This document shows, piece after piece, positions 1 through 8,919 of a DNA stretch of 32,000 nucleotides. The notes under the pieces are model-generated. The model had not been told where the DNA came from, made no database searches, and worked only from the letters and a program-made list of their open reading frames with translations. The stretch lies in NCBI RefSeq assembly GCF_000237865.1, contig NC_017459.1:330001-362000 (forward strand), in the 5' to 3' direction. Position 1 is the stretch's first letter; every line of letters begins with the position of its first letter. Position numbers and translations under genes: made by a program. This DNA comes from Haloquadratum walsbyi C23. GTDB taxonomy: Archaea; Halobacteriota; Halobacteria; Halobacteriales; Haloferacaceae.

Positions 1-695
1 AGAGTCAGGCTGGGTCACACTTCATTGGATGTGATAGCTATCCTGATTGTGAATACACGCTCCCATTACCCTCGACTGGAAAGCCACACATACTTGAGAC
101 GGTGTGTGACGTACACAATCTTCAGCAGATAAAAATGCTTGCTGGAAAGCGCAGTTTCGTCCATGGCTGTCCGCTGTGTGAGGCTGAAGCAGCGGATGAA
201 CAAGCTGATCGTGTGATTGGCACCTGCCCAGAATGCAACACCCATGCTGATGGTGAACTTGCAATCAAACGTTTGCGGTCTGGGTCACGACTTGTTGGGT
301 GCACTCGATATCCAGACTGTGAGTATTCATTGCCCCTTCCACGACAAGGAGAGATTGACGTTACAGATAATATATGTGATGAACACGCGTTACCTGCATT
401 ACAGATACTTGAGGCAGACGAGAACACGACAAAAGACAAGACCACCAAAGAGAGTGATGATATCTGGGAACTCGGCTGTCCAATCTGTAACTATCGGGAG
501 TATCAATCTGATCAGACCGACAGCTCAACGCTTGAAAGCGTTCATGGGATTGGTGCAAAGACAGCTGAAAAGCTAAAAGACGCTGGTGTTGATACTGTTT
601 CTGCGCTTAAATCAGCAGAAGCAAACACGCTTGCTGACCGTGTCGACGGTGTCAGTGTGGACCGACTGCGAAAATGGCAATCAACTGCAGACTGA
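1..695 (+). CDS. topA: DNA topoisomerase I (type IA), C-terminal part; 5' end lies outside the window
   Basis: Frame 3 is open from the window edge. It contains repeated topoisomerase-type Cys4 zinc ribbons (GCDSYPDCEY, GCPLCE, TCPECN, GCTRYPDCEY, GCPICN) followed by a helix-hairpin-helix (GIGAKTAEKLKDAGV). Confidence 0.85.
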   Translation, partial: SQAGSHFIGCDSYPDCEYTLPLPSTGKPHILETVCDVHNLQQIKMLAGKRSFVHGCPLCEAEAADEQADRVIGTCPECNTHADGELAIKRLRSGSRLVGCTRYPDCEYSLPLPRQGEIDVTDNICDEHALPALQILEADENTTKDKTTKESDDIWELGCPICNYREYQSDQTDSSTLESVHGIGAKTAEKLKDAGVDTVSALKSAEANTLADRVDGVSVDRLRKWQSTAD

Positions 696-1000
696 CCAGA
701 TTTGCAGACTGGTTGATTATTCTTACTGGGCATATTTATCGATTGATCATTAATTCCACACTGAGCGAGTGAAGAAGCCAGAGTCAGCACGAGAGTAACA
801 CTCACCACTGATACCGTCAATTATATTCAACTGACAACAGATAATCAGATACATCGAAAATGTACTCGATATAGTGAGTACTGCTATCTGTAAGTGAATT
901 TTAATAAAGAGACACCAATAGTACCGTATTAGTGTATTGATATGATTATAGATGCCGATATCTATAATAAATTATTTCAAATTGGGTTGCGATTAGCCAA

Positions 1001-1195
1001 TTAGTTGCGAATGAGATTTGCTGCGCGTGGTCCTTTTGGGGACTGCTCAATCTCAAATTCTACTTCCTGTCCTTCTTCGAGGTCCGGACCGCCGACATCT
1101 TCCATGTGAAAGAAAACATCATCATCCGTATCATCAGTCGAAATGAAACCGTAACCGCCTGTATCGTTGAAAAAATCAACCTTACCTTCTGCCAT
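1001..1195 (-). CDS. Cold-shock domain protein (CspA family), 64 aa
   Basis: MAEGKVDFFNDTGGYGFISTDD...FFHMEDV carries the RNP1/RNP2-like CSD motifs. Start moved to the internal ATG at 1195 because the upstream 10 codons are not CSD-like. Confidence 0.9.
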   Translation of the reverse strand: MAEGKVDFFNDTGGYGFISTDDTDDDVFFHMEDVGGPDLEEGQEVEFEIEQSPKGPRAANLIRN

Positions 1196-1598
1196 TGTAA
1201 ACATATATATGATGACGCAATGCATAATACTTCCGAGAGTCGTGATACCATGGAGGTAGAGCTAATTCATACGTATCTATCCGCACAATACGGTCAATAT
1301 CAATAGTGTATACATGCACTTGAGCAATACTCCGGGAGCCGGTTGTTCCTGTTACCCCTGAGACGGAGGACAATTATATCACGACAACGATGAAATAGCT
1401 ATAATCTGGTGTAGAGGTACCGGACAATCAGCGTCTCAAGACAGTAGAGCCCCATTCACAACCTCATGATATTGTTATGTTATGTTATATTATGTTATTG
1501 ATATATACAAACCAAACAGTGGAGTGAGGTTAGATAAGAGATATTTCATTGCCATCTTCCGCGTTATTTTTATCCATGCCCCGGGAGAGATATCTGCA

Positions 1599-2318
1599 AT
1601 GAATGGACCTTGGACAGAATGGGATCATGTATTAAAGGTAGATCCTGATAAACCGCTTGTTGATGGTGAAACATTCGAGGATGTGTGTCAGACAGGTACT
1701 GATGCGATTGAAATTGGTGGCACACTCGATATCACGACTGAGAAAATGCAAGAAGTAGTTGATGCCTGCTCGCGATATGACATGCCGCTGTACCAGGAAC
1801 CATCAAATCCAGCAGTTGTTGTTGAATCAGACGCGCTTGATGGTTATCTTGTGCCAACAGTATTCAACGCTGAGTCAGCGTTCTGGGTGGCTGGAGCACA
1901 TAAAGAATGGGTCCGAATCGATGGTCCACTTGACTGGGAGCGAACGGCAACCGAGGCATATATTGTGTTGAACCCTGACGCGTCTGTTGCTGAAGTGACT
2001 GAAGCAAACACTGATCAGACAGCAGAAGACGTTGCTGCATTTGCAACCGTTGCTGAACGACTGTTTGGTCAGGAGATTATCTATATCGAATACTCTGGAA
2101 CATTTGGTGATACAAAAAAGGTGGCAGCGGCGGCAGCAGCACTTACTGAGTCAACATTATTCTATGGTGGTGGGATTGGGGGGTATGATTCTGCATATGA
2201 GATGGGAGCCCATGCCGATACGATTGTTGTTGGAGATTTACTCCATGATGAGGGAGTCGATGCTGTCAGTGAGACTGTTGCTGGTGTCAAAGATGCACAC
2301 GCAGACGGTGAGATTTGA
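1599..2318 (+). CDS. Geranylgeranylglyceryl phosphate synthase (PcrB/GGGPS family)
   Basis: [19 protein letters not shown]-terminus plus IEIGGT, YIEYSG and FYGGGI motifs typical of archaeal GGGPS. The start at ATG 1599 gives the usual ~240 aa length. Confidence 0.8.
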   Translation: MNGPWTEWDHVLKVDPDKPLVDGETFEDVCQTGTDAIEIGGTLDITTEKMQEVVDACSRYDMPLYQEPSNPAVVVESDALDGYLVPTVFNAESAFWVAGAHKEWVRIDGPLDWERTATEAYIVLNPDASVAEVTEANTDQTAEDVAAFATVAERLFGQEIIYIEYSGTFGDTKKVAAAAAALTESTLFYGGGIGGYDSAYEMGAHADTIVVGDLLHDEGVDAVSETVAGVKDAHADGEI

Positions 2319-2370
2319 CATCCTCCCCGCGCTGAAGCGCGAGGCTTTCTCCTCGATTCTCCGTAATAAT
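2317..2370 (+). repeat. Family-2 hairpin repeat, copy A (GACATCCTCC-CGCGC-TGAA-GCGCG-AGG + TTTCTCCTCGATTCTC tail)
   Basis: Begins inside the TGA stop of the GGGPS gene. About 80% identical by eye to the copy at 25306-25360. Core shared with the copies at 5098, 21402 (reverse), 24259 and 27631. Confidence 0.7.
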
Positions 2371-2803
2371 CTCATTTTAGCTCTAACTTTCGATCTAATG
2401 CCGTTGGTAATAATAAAAATATCAAATAATCAAATTATAGACGATCTTATCAAATCTCACCATAGATAGCACGGGATACGAACCGTATTTGAATTTGATC
2501 CGGTAAATAAAATTAGCACTCACTGAAATAACTCACACCAATTGGTATCGATCTCTGTTGGTTTTGATACATGATATTCTTCAGGTCTGGCTACAACCCA
2601 CAAACACAGATACAAAACTATCATTAAGACTCTTCGTCACCGTCATCTCTGATAAGAGAGGTGAGAAGCTATGAAGTTAATTCTGAGACTGACTCCGTCA
2701 TGAACACCGACCCACCGAAACTGAGCATCGATTCCTGTAGGTGCTATCAGTGAGCTAAGAGGATGACTCCGACATGCTGCATACTGACAATTGCGAATCG
2801 ACT

Positions 2804-2812
2804 ATTTTTAAG
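2804..2812 (+). promoter_or_regulatory. Candidate TATA box for a leaderless aspS transcript
   Basis: ATTTTTAAG is centred about 28 nt upstream of the aspS ATG (2836). This spacing is typical of haloarchaeal leaderless mRNAs. Confidence 0.4.
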
Positions 2813-2835
2813 AATAGAACCGAGAATACCAATAC

Positions 2836-4140
2836 ATGCAGGATAGAACGCTCACGGCTGAGGTTACCCCTGGTGATGAGATTACAGTTGCTGGGTGGGT
2901 TCATGAAATCCGCGATCTTGGGGGGATTGCCTTTTTAATTCTCCGCGACCGAAGCGGGAAGATTCAAATTAAATTTGAAAAGGATGAGATGAATGATGAG
3001 ATTGTCCAGACGGGACTTGATGTCCCTCGTGAAAGTGTAATTAGCATTACTGGTGTAGCCGATGACGAACCACGAGCACCAACTGATGTTGAGATTGTAC
3101 CGACGGCAATTGAAGTTCTTAGTTCTGCTGATACTGAACTACCGCTTGACCCATCAGGAAAGGTGAATGCTGACCTTTCAACACGACTCGATAATCGAAC
3201 CCTCGATCTGCGAAAAAAAGAGGTAAAAGCAGTCTTTCAGATCCGTTCTGAGGTGCTTCGTGCCGCTCGAGATGCATTTCGCGAACTTGGGTGTACAGAA
3301 ATCAATACACCGAAAATTGTCGCAACAGGGACTGAAGGTGGGACCGAGTTATTCCCAATCACTTACTTCGGTGAAGAGGCATTCATGAACCAGTCACCGC
3401 AATTATTCAAACAATTGATGATTGGGTCAGGACTTGAGCGCGTTTTTGAGATTGGTCCAATCTTCCGTGCCGAAGAGCACAATACACCTCGACATCTGAA
3501 TGAGGCAACATCGATTGACTTTGAGTCAGCGTTCATTAATCATACAGAAGCAATGGACGCCTGTGAATACGTGGTCACAGCCGCTTATCAGGGAGTTGCT
3601 GAAAACTGTATAACCGAATTAGAGACACTTGGACTCCGTGATGGATTTAGTGTCCCTGATGAGTCATTCCCGCGAATTAGCTATCAAGAGGCGATTGAGC
3701 GGATCAACGCAACAGGTGAGCTCGATGAACAATTAGTCTGGGGTGATGACCTTCCAACCGATGGCGAACGAGCACTTGGCGCGGATGTCGGCTCGCATTA
3801 CTTCATCACCGATTGGCCGTCTGAAATTAAGCCATTTTACATCAAGGATCATGACGATAATAAAACGCTTTCAACAGGATTTGATATGATGCATCCGCAA
3901 ATGGAGCTTGTTTCTGGTGGTCAACGTGAACACCGATATGAACATCTTGTCAGTGGGTTCGAACAGCAGGGGCTTGACCCTGAACAGTTCGATTATTATA
4001 CAAAAATGTTCAGATACGGAATGCCACCGCATGCAGGATGGGGGCTTGGTGGTGAACGGCTTGTGATGACAATGCTTGGGCTTGAGAACATCCGTGAAGC
4101 TGTTCTTTTCCCCCGAGATCGACAGCGACTAAGTCCATAA
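2836..4140 (+). CDS. aspS: Aspartyl-tRNA synthetase, archaeal type
   Basis: N-terminal OB anticodon-binding domain ([21 protein letters not shown]) and class II motifs ([23 protein letters not shown]). 434 aa. Confidence 0.95.
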   Translation: MQDRTLTAEVTPGDEITVAGWVHEIRDLGGIAFLILRDRSGKIQIKFEKDEMNDEIVQTGLDVPRESVISITGVADDEPRAPTDVEIVPTAIEVLSSADTELPLDPSGKVNADLSTRLDNRTLDLRKKEVKAVFQIRSEVLRAARDAFRELGCTEINTPKIVATGTEGGTELFPITYFGEEAFMNQSPQLFKQLMIGSGLERVFEIGPIFRAEEHNTPRHLNEATSIDFESAFINHTEAMDACEYVVTAAYQGVAENCITELETLGLRDGFSVPDESFPRISYQEAIERINATGELDEQLVWGDDLPTDGERALGADVGSHYFITDWPSEIKPFYIKDHDDNKTLSTGFDMMHPQMELVSGGQREHRYEHLVSGFEQQGLDPEQFDYYTKMFRYGMPPHAGWGLGGERLVMTMLGLENIREAVLFPRDRQRLSP

Positions 4141-5055
4141 ATGACAACGACCGCTACTCGCGAGGCGGAAGTGTTCGTCCCAGGGCATATTACTGGGTTC
4201 TTTAGCGCACACCACACAGATGACCCCGCTACAACCGGGTCGCGGGGAGCTGGTCTCACAATAACAACTGGGGTTAAACTAGAGGTATGTCGTGGACCAA
4301 CGGTCAGCCCGGGAATTACACTAAATGGTAAATCAATCTCTATCGACGCCGTTGACAACGTCATTGACAGACTTGATATAGATGATATCAATGTTAATGC
4401 ACAAACAGCATTACCGCTCGGTGCTGGATTTGGTGTTTCAGGTGCAATGACACTTGGTGTTGCATTTGGAAGCAACGCTGTCGCGGATAAAACCAATACA
4501 CGAGCAGAAAGTGCACTCATTACAGCTGCCCACTGTGCAGAGGTGCGCGCAGGAACTGGACTTGGCGACGTCGTTGCACAAGCCCGAGGTGGATTTCCAA
4601 TCCGGGTAGAGCCGGGGGCACCACACGTTGGTCAACTTGATGGAATTACCGCCACACCGCGGGTTGAATACTGCTCATTTGGAACCGTCTCAACAGAATC
4701 TGTACTAAATGCAGATACAAATACCCTAACGACTGCGGGTGAGCAAGCACTCGAGACGCTTCAATCAACCCCAACAGCAGCTCAGTTCATGACACTTGCA
4801 CATCAATTTGGTGTTGAAGCAGAGTTGATGACGCCCAAAGCACAAGAGGTGATTGCTGATGTTCAAACAGCAGGTGGTACTGCTGCAATGGCAATGCTCG
4901 GAAATACTGTCTTTGCTCTCGGTAATGATCTCTCTGCTGCAGGATATGACCCAGTGGTTTGTCAGACTCACAGCGGTGGAGTGAGTATACAACAGCAAGG
5001 AAACTATCAAACCGGTGGTCAACATAATCCGCGAACGATCGAACACTCATCATAA
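4141..5055 (+). CDS. Pantoate kinase (archaeal CoA pathway, GHMP kinase superfamily, COG1829-like)
   Basis: GHMP phosphate-binding motif LPLGAGFGVSGAMTLG and N-terminal PGHITGFF. The ATG directly abuts the aspS stop (TAAATG). The partner enzyme gene lies 0.8 kb downstream. Confidence 0.7.
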   Translation: MTTTATREAEVFVPGHITGFFSAHHTDDPATTGSRGAGLTITTGVKLEVCRGPTVSPGITLNGKSISIDAVDNVIDRLDIDDINVNAQTALPLGAGFGVSGAMTLGVAFGSNAVADKTNTRAESALITAAHCAEVRAGTGLGDVVAQARGGFPIRVEPGAPHVGQLDGITATPRVEYCSFGTVSTESVLNADTNTLTTAGEQALETLQSTPTAAQFMTLAHQFGVEAELMTPKAQEVIADVQTAGGTAAMAMLGNTVFALGNDLSAAGYDPVVCQTHSGGVSIQQQGNYQTGGQHNPRTIEHSS

Positions 5056-5097
5056 TTATATTATCTGCATCTGTATCTGTACACAGGTAGATATTTA

Positions 5098-5168
5098 ACA
5101 TCCTCCTCCGCGTGAACGCGGAGGAATCCCGAGCGGTGGGAGTTTCAGGTTCAACACTCCCACCGAAC
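5098..5168 (+). repeat. Family-2 hairpin repeat, copy C (two-hairpin subtype)
   Basis: Perfect 9-bp stem TCCTCCGCG-TGAA-CGCGGAGGA followed by a second hairpin GGTGGGAGT..ACTCCCACC. Homologous to the reverse-oriented copy at 21402-21473. Confidence 0.7.
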
Positions 5169-5184
5169 AACCAGCCAGTTCGAA

Positions 5185-5498
5185 TCTGAAGGGTTATTCG
5201 CGGTCTGAGGCGGGGGCGGGTGGGACCGCTGGCGGTGCCAAGCCGCCGGTACTCATACTCCTATTCTCGACCATGTACGGCGTCCAAGCGTTGTTTTTGC
5301 CGCAGGGGCGCCGGCAGGCGTTAGCAAACTCGGAGTTACTTTCTGTGGTGTTTTCAAGCAGTCGGGCACAGCATCGGTTCATTATCGGAACCGACCGTTC
5401 ACCAGACTGATTCCGATAATTGTCTTATTGCTTGGGGCGGACAGGCCGCCATCGTAGGACTGGCGGGAATCGCTCTGTTTCCAACCGATTCCTCTGTT
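5185..5498 (-). ncRNA. rnpB: Candidate RNase P RNA (ends approximate, about +/-50 nt)
   Basis: GC-rich, ORF-poor island in AT-rich flanks. The minus strand carries four motifs in the canonical order. AAGCAAUAAGACAAUUAUCGG resembles CR-II GUGCAACAGAGAGCAAACCGCC. AUCAGUCUGGUGAACGGUCGGUUCCGAUAAUGAACCGAUG resembles CR-III AUCAGGUAAGGGUGAAAGGGUGCGGUAAGAGCGCACC. AGUAACUCCGAGUUUGCUAACGCC resembles GGUAAACUCCACCCGGAGCAAGGCC. ACCGGCGGCUUGG resembles CCCGGCUUA of the P4 3' strand. CAGUCUGG and CCCGACUG can close a P11-like helix. A TATA-like TATTTAAA sits at about 5517-5525, upstream on the minus strand. Confidence 0.55.
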
Positions 5499-5597
5499 AT
5501 TGTGTGATTGCCTGTCATTTAAATATGTGTATTTTAAAATTTGAATCGAGCGACGACAGTAGGATTTCGGAGGGCGTGACGACGCGTATCCACGGCC

Positions 5598-5739
5598 TGT
5601 AGTGCTCCTGAATACTTATTGAGGAATTCAATCCAAAATCTTGTCATAGAGTAGCTGCTGATACTGTTGCGTAGAACCGATGATTCAAAATGTTTCACGG
5701 AGTACTAAAGGCCGTGGTATTGCGCCTGCTCAGCATATA
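5598..5739 (+). repeat. Family-3 element, copy 1 (142 nt; last 36 nt identical to 24381-24416)
   Basis: ACTAAAGGCCGTGGTATTGCGCCTGCTCAGCATATA at 5704-5739 is a 36/36 match to 24381-24416. The preceding ~105 nt align co-linearly but are diverged (shared TGTAGT start and a CATAGAGTAG/GTCAGAGTAG block at the same offset). Confidence 0.7.
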
Positions 5740-5897
5740 GTCCGAGTGCACTTGGCATTGAACAATGCAGATATAATTATGTCAAGCCAACCTGTTTTTA
5801 TTATAGGTCAGTAACAGGTGCTATATGACAGGCGATATAAATGTAATCCAGCGATATCGTATAATATTCAAGATATTCAAGTGATGACACAGTAGTC

Positions 5898-6725
5898 ATG
5901 AATGATTCCTCACCAACACAGGACCCAGAGAAAGAGACTGAGACTGAGACTGAGACTGAGACTGAGACTGAGACTGAAACTGAGATACCGCAGGATCATC
6001 CCAGGTATCAATCACTCATAACACGACACCGAATCGAGGAGGGTGTCGACACTGGAATCACGAGTCCACAAGGTCTCATCGCGGAGGGTCGTGGTGAAGC
6101 ATTTGATTATTTACTCGGCGAAAAGACAACGTCATCTGCGGACGATGCCGCACGAGCAGCAGCGGCACTACTTCTTCATGCAGAACACCCTGTTATTTCA
6201 GTGAACGGTAATGTTGCTGCACTCGTTCCAGAGGCGATTGTTGAACTCGCTGAAGTGGTTGAGGCGGATATTGAGGTGAATCTATTCAATCGAACAGAAA
6301 AACGTATGAATGCAATTGCTGATCACCTCTACGACCATGGCGCTCAGACTGTTAAGGGGTTAAAAGCTGATGATCAGATCCCTGGGCTTGATCATGAGCG
6401 TGGGACTGTTGATGCGGATGGAATTGGTGCTGCAGATGTTGTGTTAGTGCCGCTTGAAGATGGTGATCGAGCCGCTGCACTTGATGCGGTTGGAAAGCGC
6501 GAGATTGTCATTGACCTCAATCCACTTTCTCGATCTGCACTCGCTGCAACAGTCCCTATTATTGACAATGTCATCCGGGCAGTGCCAAATATCACTGAAC
6601 ATGCATCAGCATTGAAACAAGCTGATAATGTCGCTCTCACAACGGTTATCAACAGGTTTGACGCGGATGAAGTCCGTGAGCGCGCGGAACAAGAAATACG
6701 ACGTGGTGAATTACGCTCATCGTGA
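5898..6725 (+). CDS. Phosphopantothenate synthetase (4-phosphopantoate--beta-alanine ligase, COG1701-like) with an (ET)n N-terminal extension
   Basis: Conserved core HPRYQSLITRHRIEEG...SPQGLIAEGRGEAFDYLLGE typical of the archaeal enzyme. Paired in the locus with pantoate kinase. Confidence 0.7.
   Translation: MNDSSPTQDPEKETETETETETETETETEIPQDHPRYQSLITRHRIEEGVDTGITSPQGLIAEGRGEAFDYLLGEKTTSSADDAARAAAALLLHAEHPVISVNGNVAALVPEAIVELAEVVEADIEVNLFNRTEKRMNAIADHLYDHGAQTVKGLKADDQIPGLDHERGTVDADGIGAADVVLVPLEDGDRAAALDAVGKREIVIDLNPLSRSALAATVPIIDNVIRAVPNITEHASALKQADNVALTTVINRFDADEVRERAEQEIRRGELRSS
5934..5987 (+). repeat. Hexanucleotide microsatellite (GAGACT)7 plus two degenerate units, in frame within the CDS
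   Basis: Read directly from the sequence. It encodes ETETETETETETETETE near the N-terminus of the 5898-6725 CDS. Confidence 0.95.
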
Positions 6726-6753
6726 TTACTCCTTCTGGAATAACAGTTCAGTG

Positions 6754-7193
6754 TCATACATACACTATATGAAGCGGATAAGCATTCTTTATGAAAAACA
6801 GCGCGAGTTCTGTCTCTTCGATATCCTCTTTGATCACTTCCTCCGACACCGCACCTCTCGTTCCCACATACTACCCGACCGTCCAGAATCCGCCACCCCA
6901 GAAATACGACTGCCGAATCTCGCGATACCGCTCCAGCAACTGCTTACCACAGTACGGCTTGAACTGCCGGGCGAAGTCGGCTTGACTGTGTTTTGGGTCG
7001 CACTGCACGAACAGGTGCACGTGATCGTCTGTGTCTGCAGTCTCCAACGTCAGAATCTTGTCTCCGAAGTGGTCGGCAGTCTCATCAAACAACTTTCGTA
7101 TATCATCTTTAACCACGGTGGGCACCGGGCGGCGGTACTTGCGACATCAGACAAAATGATACCGATACTTACAGGAACTAACCGAATGTGCAT
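6754..7193 (-). pseudogene. tnpA: IS200/IS605-family Y1 transposase (tnpA) relic 1
   Basis: The minus strand encodes YRYHFV*CRKYRRPV...DDHVHLFV (HUH motif)...GGGFWTVG*YVGTRGAVSEEVIKEDIEE. There are two in-frame stops (TGA where W is expected, TAG where Y is expected) and an apparent frameshift after the MHIR start. Confidence 0.75.
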
Positions 7194-7258
7194 GACTCCG
7201 GTAGCTCTCTATTCCTCATATCTATATTTATTACAGTTTGAAACGATTGTCGTATAAT

Positions 7259-8767
7259 CGCTAGTTGTCCACTCTGTCTCAGTGATGCCGTCGCTGACAT
7301 ATAGTGCCAGATGAAGCGGGTGAATCAGGAAGCTGATTCATCCGCTGCCCGGATGTGTGTGACGTGAACCTACCAAAGCTCAAACGAATCCTCACCGATC
7401 CGGACGAGTTCATTTCGAACAGCCAGTTGAAATCTCTTAGCATGGAGTTGCTTGAGTTGATACCCATGGAAGGAATCGAGGGCTCTGGCCTCGATTCCGA
7501 CCAGATCATGGAAGTCGTTTTACGAGCTGCTGTTGACCAGACATCGGTCAACGGTGTCACAACCAGCACTGAGGACACACCAAACCGGGAGACAGTGATG
7601 GATTGGCTCCACACGCTGGAAAAAGAGACAATGCTTGATGCTGTCAACGACATTCTCGCGCTGGTAGCTATGACGGTTCTCGACCGCGACGGGTCGAGAA
7701 CCATCTGCATCGACTTCATGAACAACCCATTCCACGGCTGTCCAGACGATGAAGACGAATTCCGGCGGATGAGTGCCCGCGACGGCACTACAAAGTGTCA
7801 CCGCTACTGTACAGCGTTTGTTCTTGCACAGGGGAAACCGCTGACGCTGGCGGTTGACCCGGTTGATGGCAAAGATAGCAAGGCCGACGCGGTCGAGCGT
7901 GTGCTCGCCCGCGTCGAGACTTACCCGTTCGAGATCGATCAGATTCTCATGGACAGAGACGCCTTCTGTGGCGAGTTAATCGGCGTTCTCCGTGAGGCAG
8001 CACCGCCGGTCTTTCCGGTGAGAACCGGGAAAGAAACCCTCGAAGAGAAGCTCACAACGGGTTCCTCGTACATGACTGAGGAGATAATCTGCGAAGGGAA
8101 AGAGCACGAACAAACGTATCCACTGGCGGTCAACGTCACGTATCAAAACGGAGATCGCGGGAAGTCAGGGCTCAAACAGACAGGATACGCGGCGTACGGT
8201 CTGGAAGACCGAACGCCGCGGCAAGTGGCGCAGGTCTACAACCACCGGGCACAGATTGAGAAGAGCTACGAGACATTCCGGAAAGCGCGTGCTCTGACAA
8301 CAACACCATCGACGACAATTCGGCTGTTCTACGTGGGCGTTGGGTTCCTGCTGGAGCAGTTGTGGGTTGTGTTGCAGTGGGCAGTGCTCGCCCGGCCACG
8401 GCGTGGCGGGCGAGCACTTCCGACCGATTTCACGTTCAACGACGCGTTTCTCCATGGGGTCGAAGAGGTGCTGGACGATGAGCTCGGCTGGAAAGATGAA
8501 CACCAGACGAACGACCAGGGACTACCAGCAGGGCACGAACACGGACTCGGGTAAGCCGCCTCGCTTCGGGCGAAGCGAGGCTGGCGACCAGCGACAGCTG
8601 TATCTGAATTGCGGCTTCAACACAGAGCTCAGTAGAGACAAGTAGTAAACTCGATATCTGTTTAGATCACTGAGACAGCTGTTGGCGTCTTTGTCTTGTT
8701 TCGACGTCTTCCGGACGTGAAGTTTTACTTTCGCGGCTGCGGTTATCGGTAGAGTGGACAACTAGCG
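7259..8767 (+). mobile_element. Intact IS element (IS4-family, ISH-type), 1509 bp
   Basis: Perfect 17-bp terminal inverted repeats: CGCTAGTTGTCCACTCT at 7259-7275 and its reverse complement at 8751-8767. Flanked by the direct repeat ATAAT (7254-7258 and 8768-8772). Contains a single transposase ORF. Confidence 0.85.
7355..8554 (+). CDS. DDE transposase, IS4 family (start codon uncertain; GTG at 7355 or 7364)
   Basis: 399-aa ORF filling the IS. The C-terminal YNHRAQIEKSYETFRK fits the IS4 Y(2)R(3)E(6)K/R signature. Confidence 0.8.
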   Translation: MCDVNLPKLKRILTDPDEFISNSQLKSLSMELLELIPMEGIEGSGLDSDQIMEVVLRAAVDQTSVNGVTTSTEDTPNRETVMDWLHTLEKETMLDAVNDILALVAMTVLDRDGSRTICIDFMNNPFHGCPDDEDEFRRMSARDGTTKCHRYCTAFVLAQGKPLTLAVDPVDGKDSKADAVERVLARVETYPFEIDQILMDRDAFCGELIGVLREAAPPVFPVRTGKETLEEKLTTGSSYMTEEIICEGKEHEQTYPLAVNVTYQNGDRGKSGLKQTGYAAYGLEDRTPRQVAQVYNHRAQIEKSYETFRKARALTTTPSTTIRLFYVGVGFLLEQLWVVLQWAVLARPRRGGRALPTDFTFNDAFLHGVEEVLDDELGWKDEHQTNDQGLPAGHEHGLG

Positions 8768-8919
8768 ATAATGGGTGAAGAAGACACGAAGACGATCCAG
8801 ATGCGCCTCCACATAGCGTCTGGTGAACGATCGTGGCTACTAAGATAATATAAGACGAATAATCCACGTACAACCACTGTGCTGTCGTGGTCCGAGAAAT
8901 ACCATCTCCTCAAATAAAC

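Noticed and set aside
542-820. 92-aa minus-strand ORF with a lipobox-like N-terminus (LAQC)
   Set aside because: More than half of it is antisense to the well-supported topA C-terminus, and the remainder has no protein-like features.
3996-4520. 174-aa minus ORF spanning the aspS / pantoate kinase junction
   Set aside because: It is antisense to two well-supported genes and has Ser/Ala/Pro-rich shadow-ORF composition.
5178-5186. GTTCGAATC T-loop-like motif suggesting a tRNA
   Set aside because: Only a 3-bp flanking stem (CAG/CTG) can form, and there is no acceptor, D or anticodon arm around it.
5185-5498. Alternative reading of the GC-rich RNA island as plus-strand SRP (7S) RNA
   Set aside because: I could not find the helix-8 signature (..AGG.C.GGAAGG.AGCA..) on either strand. 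The minus strand shows RNase P CR-II, CR-III and P4-like motifs in the canonical order. A covariance-model scan is still needed to settle it.
6628-7257. 209-aa plus-strand ORF
   Set aside because: It is antisense to the IS200 tnpA relic, which explains the open frame. Its composition is basic and hydrophobic, unlike this proteome.
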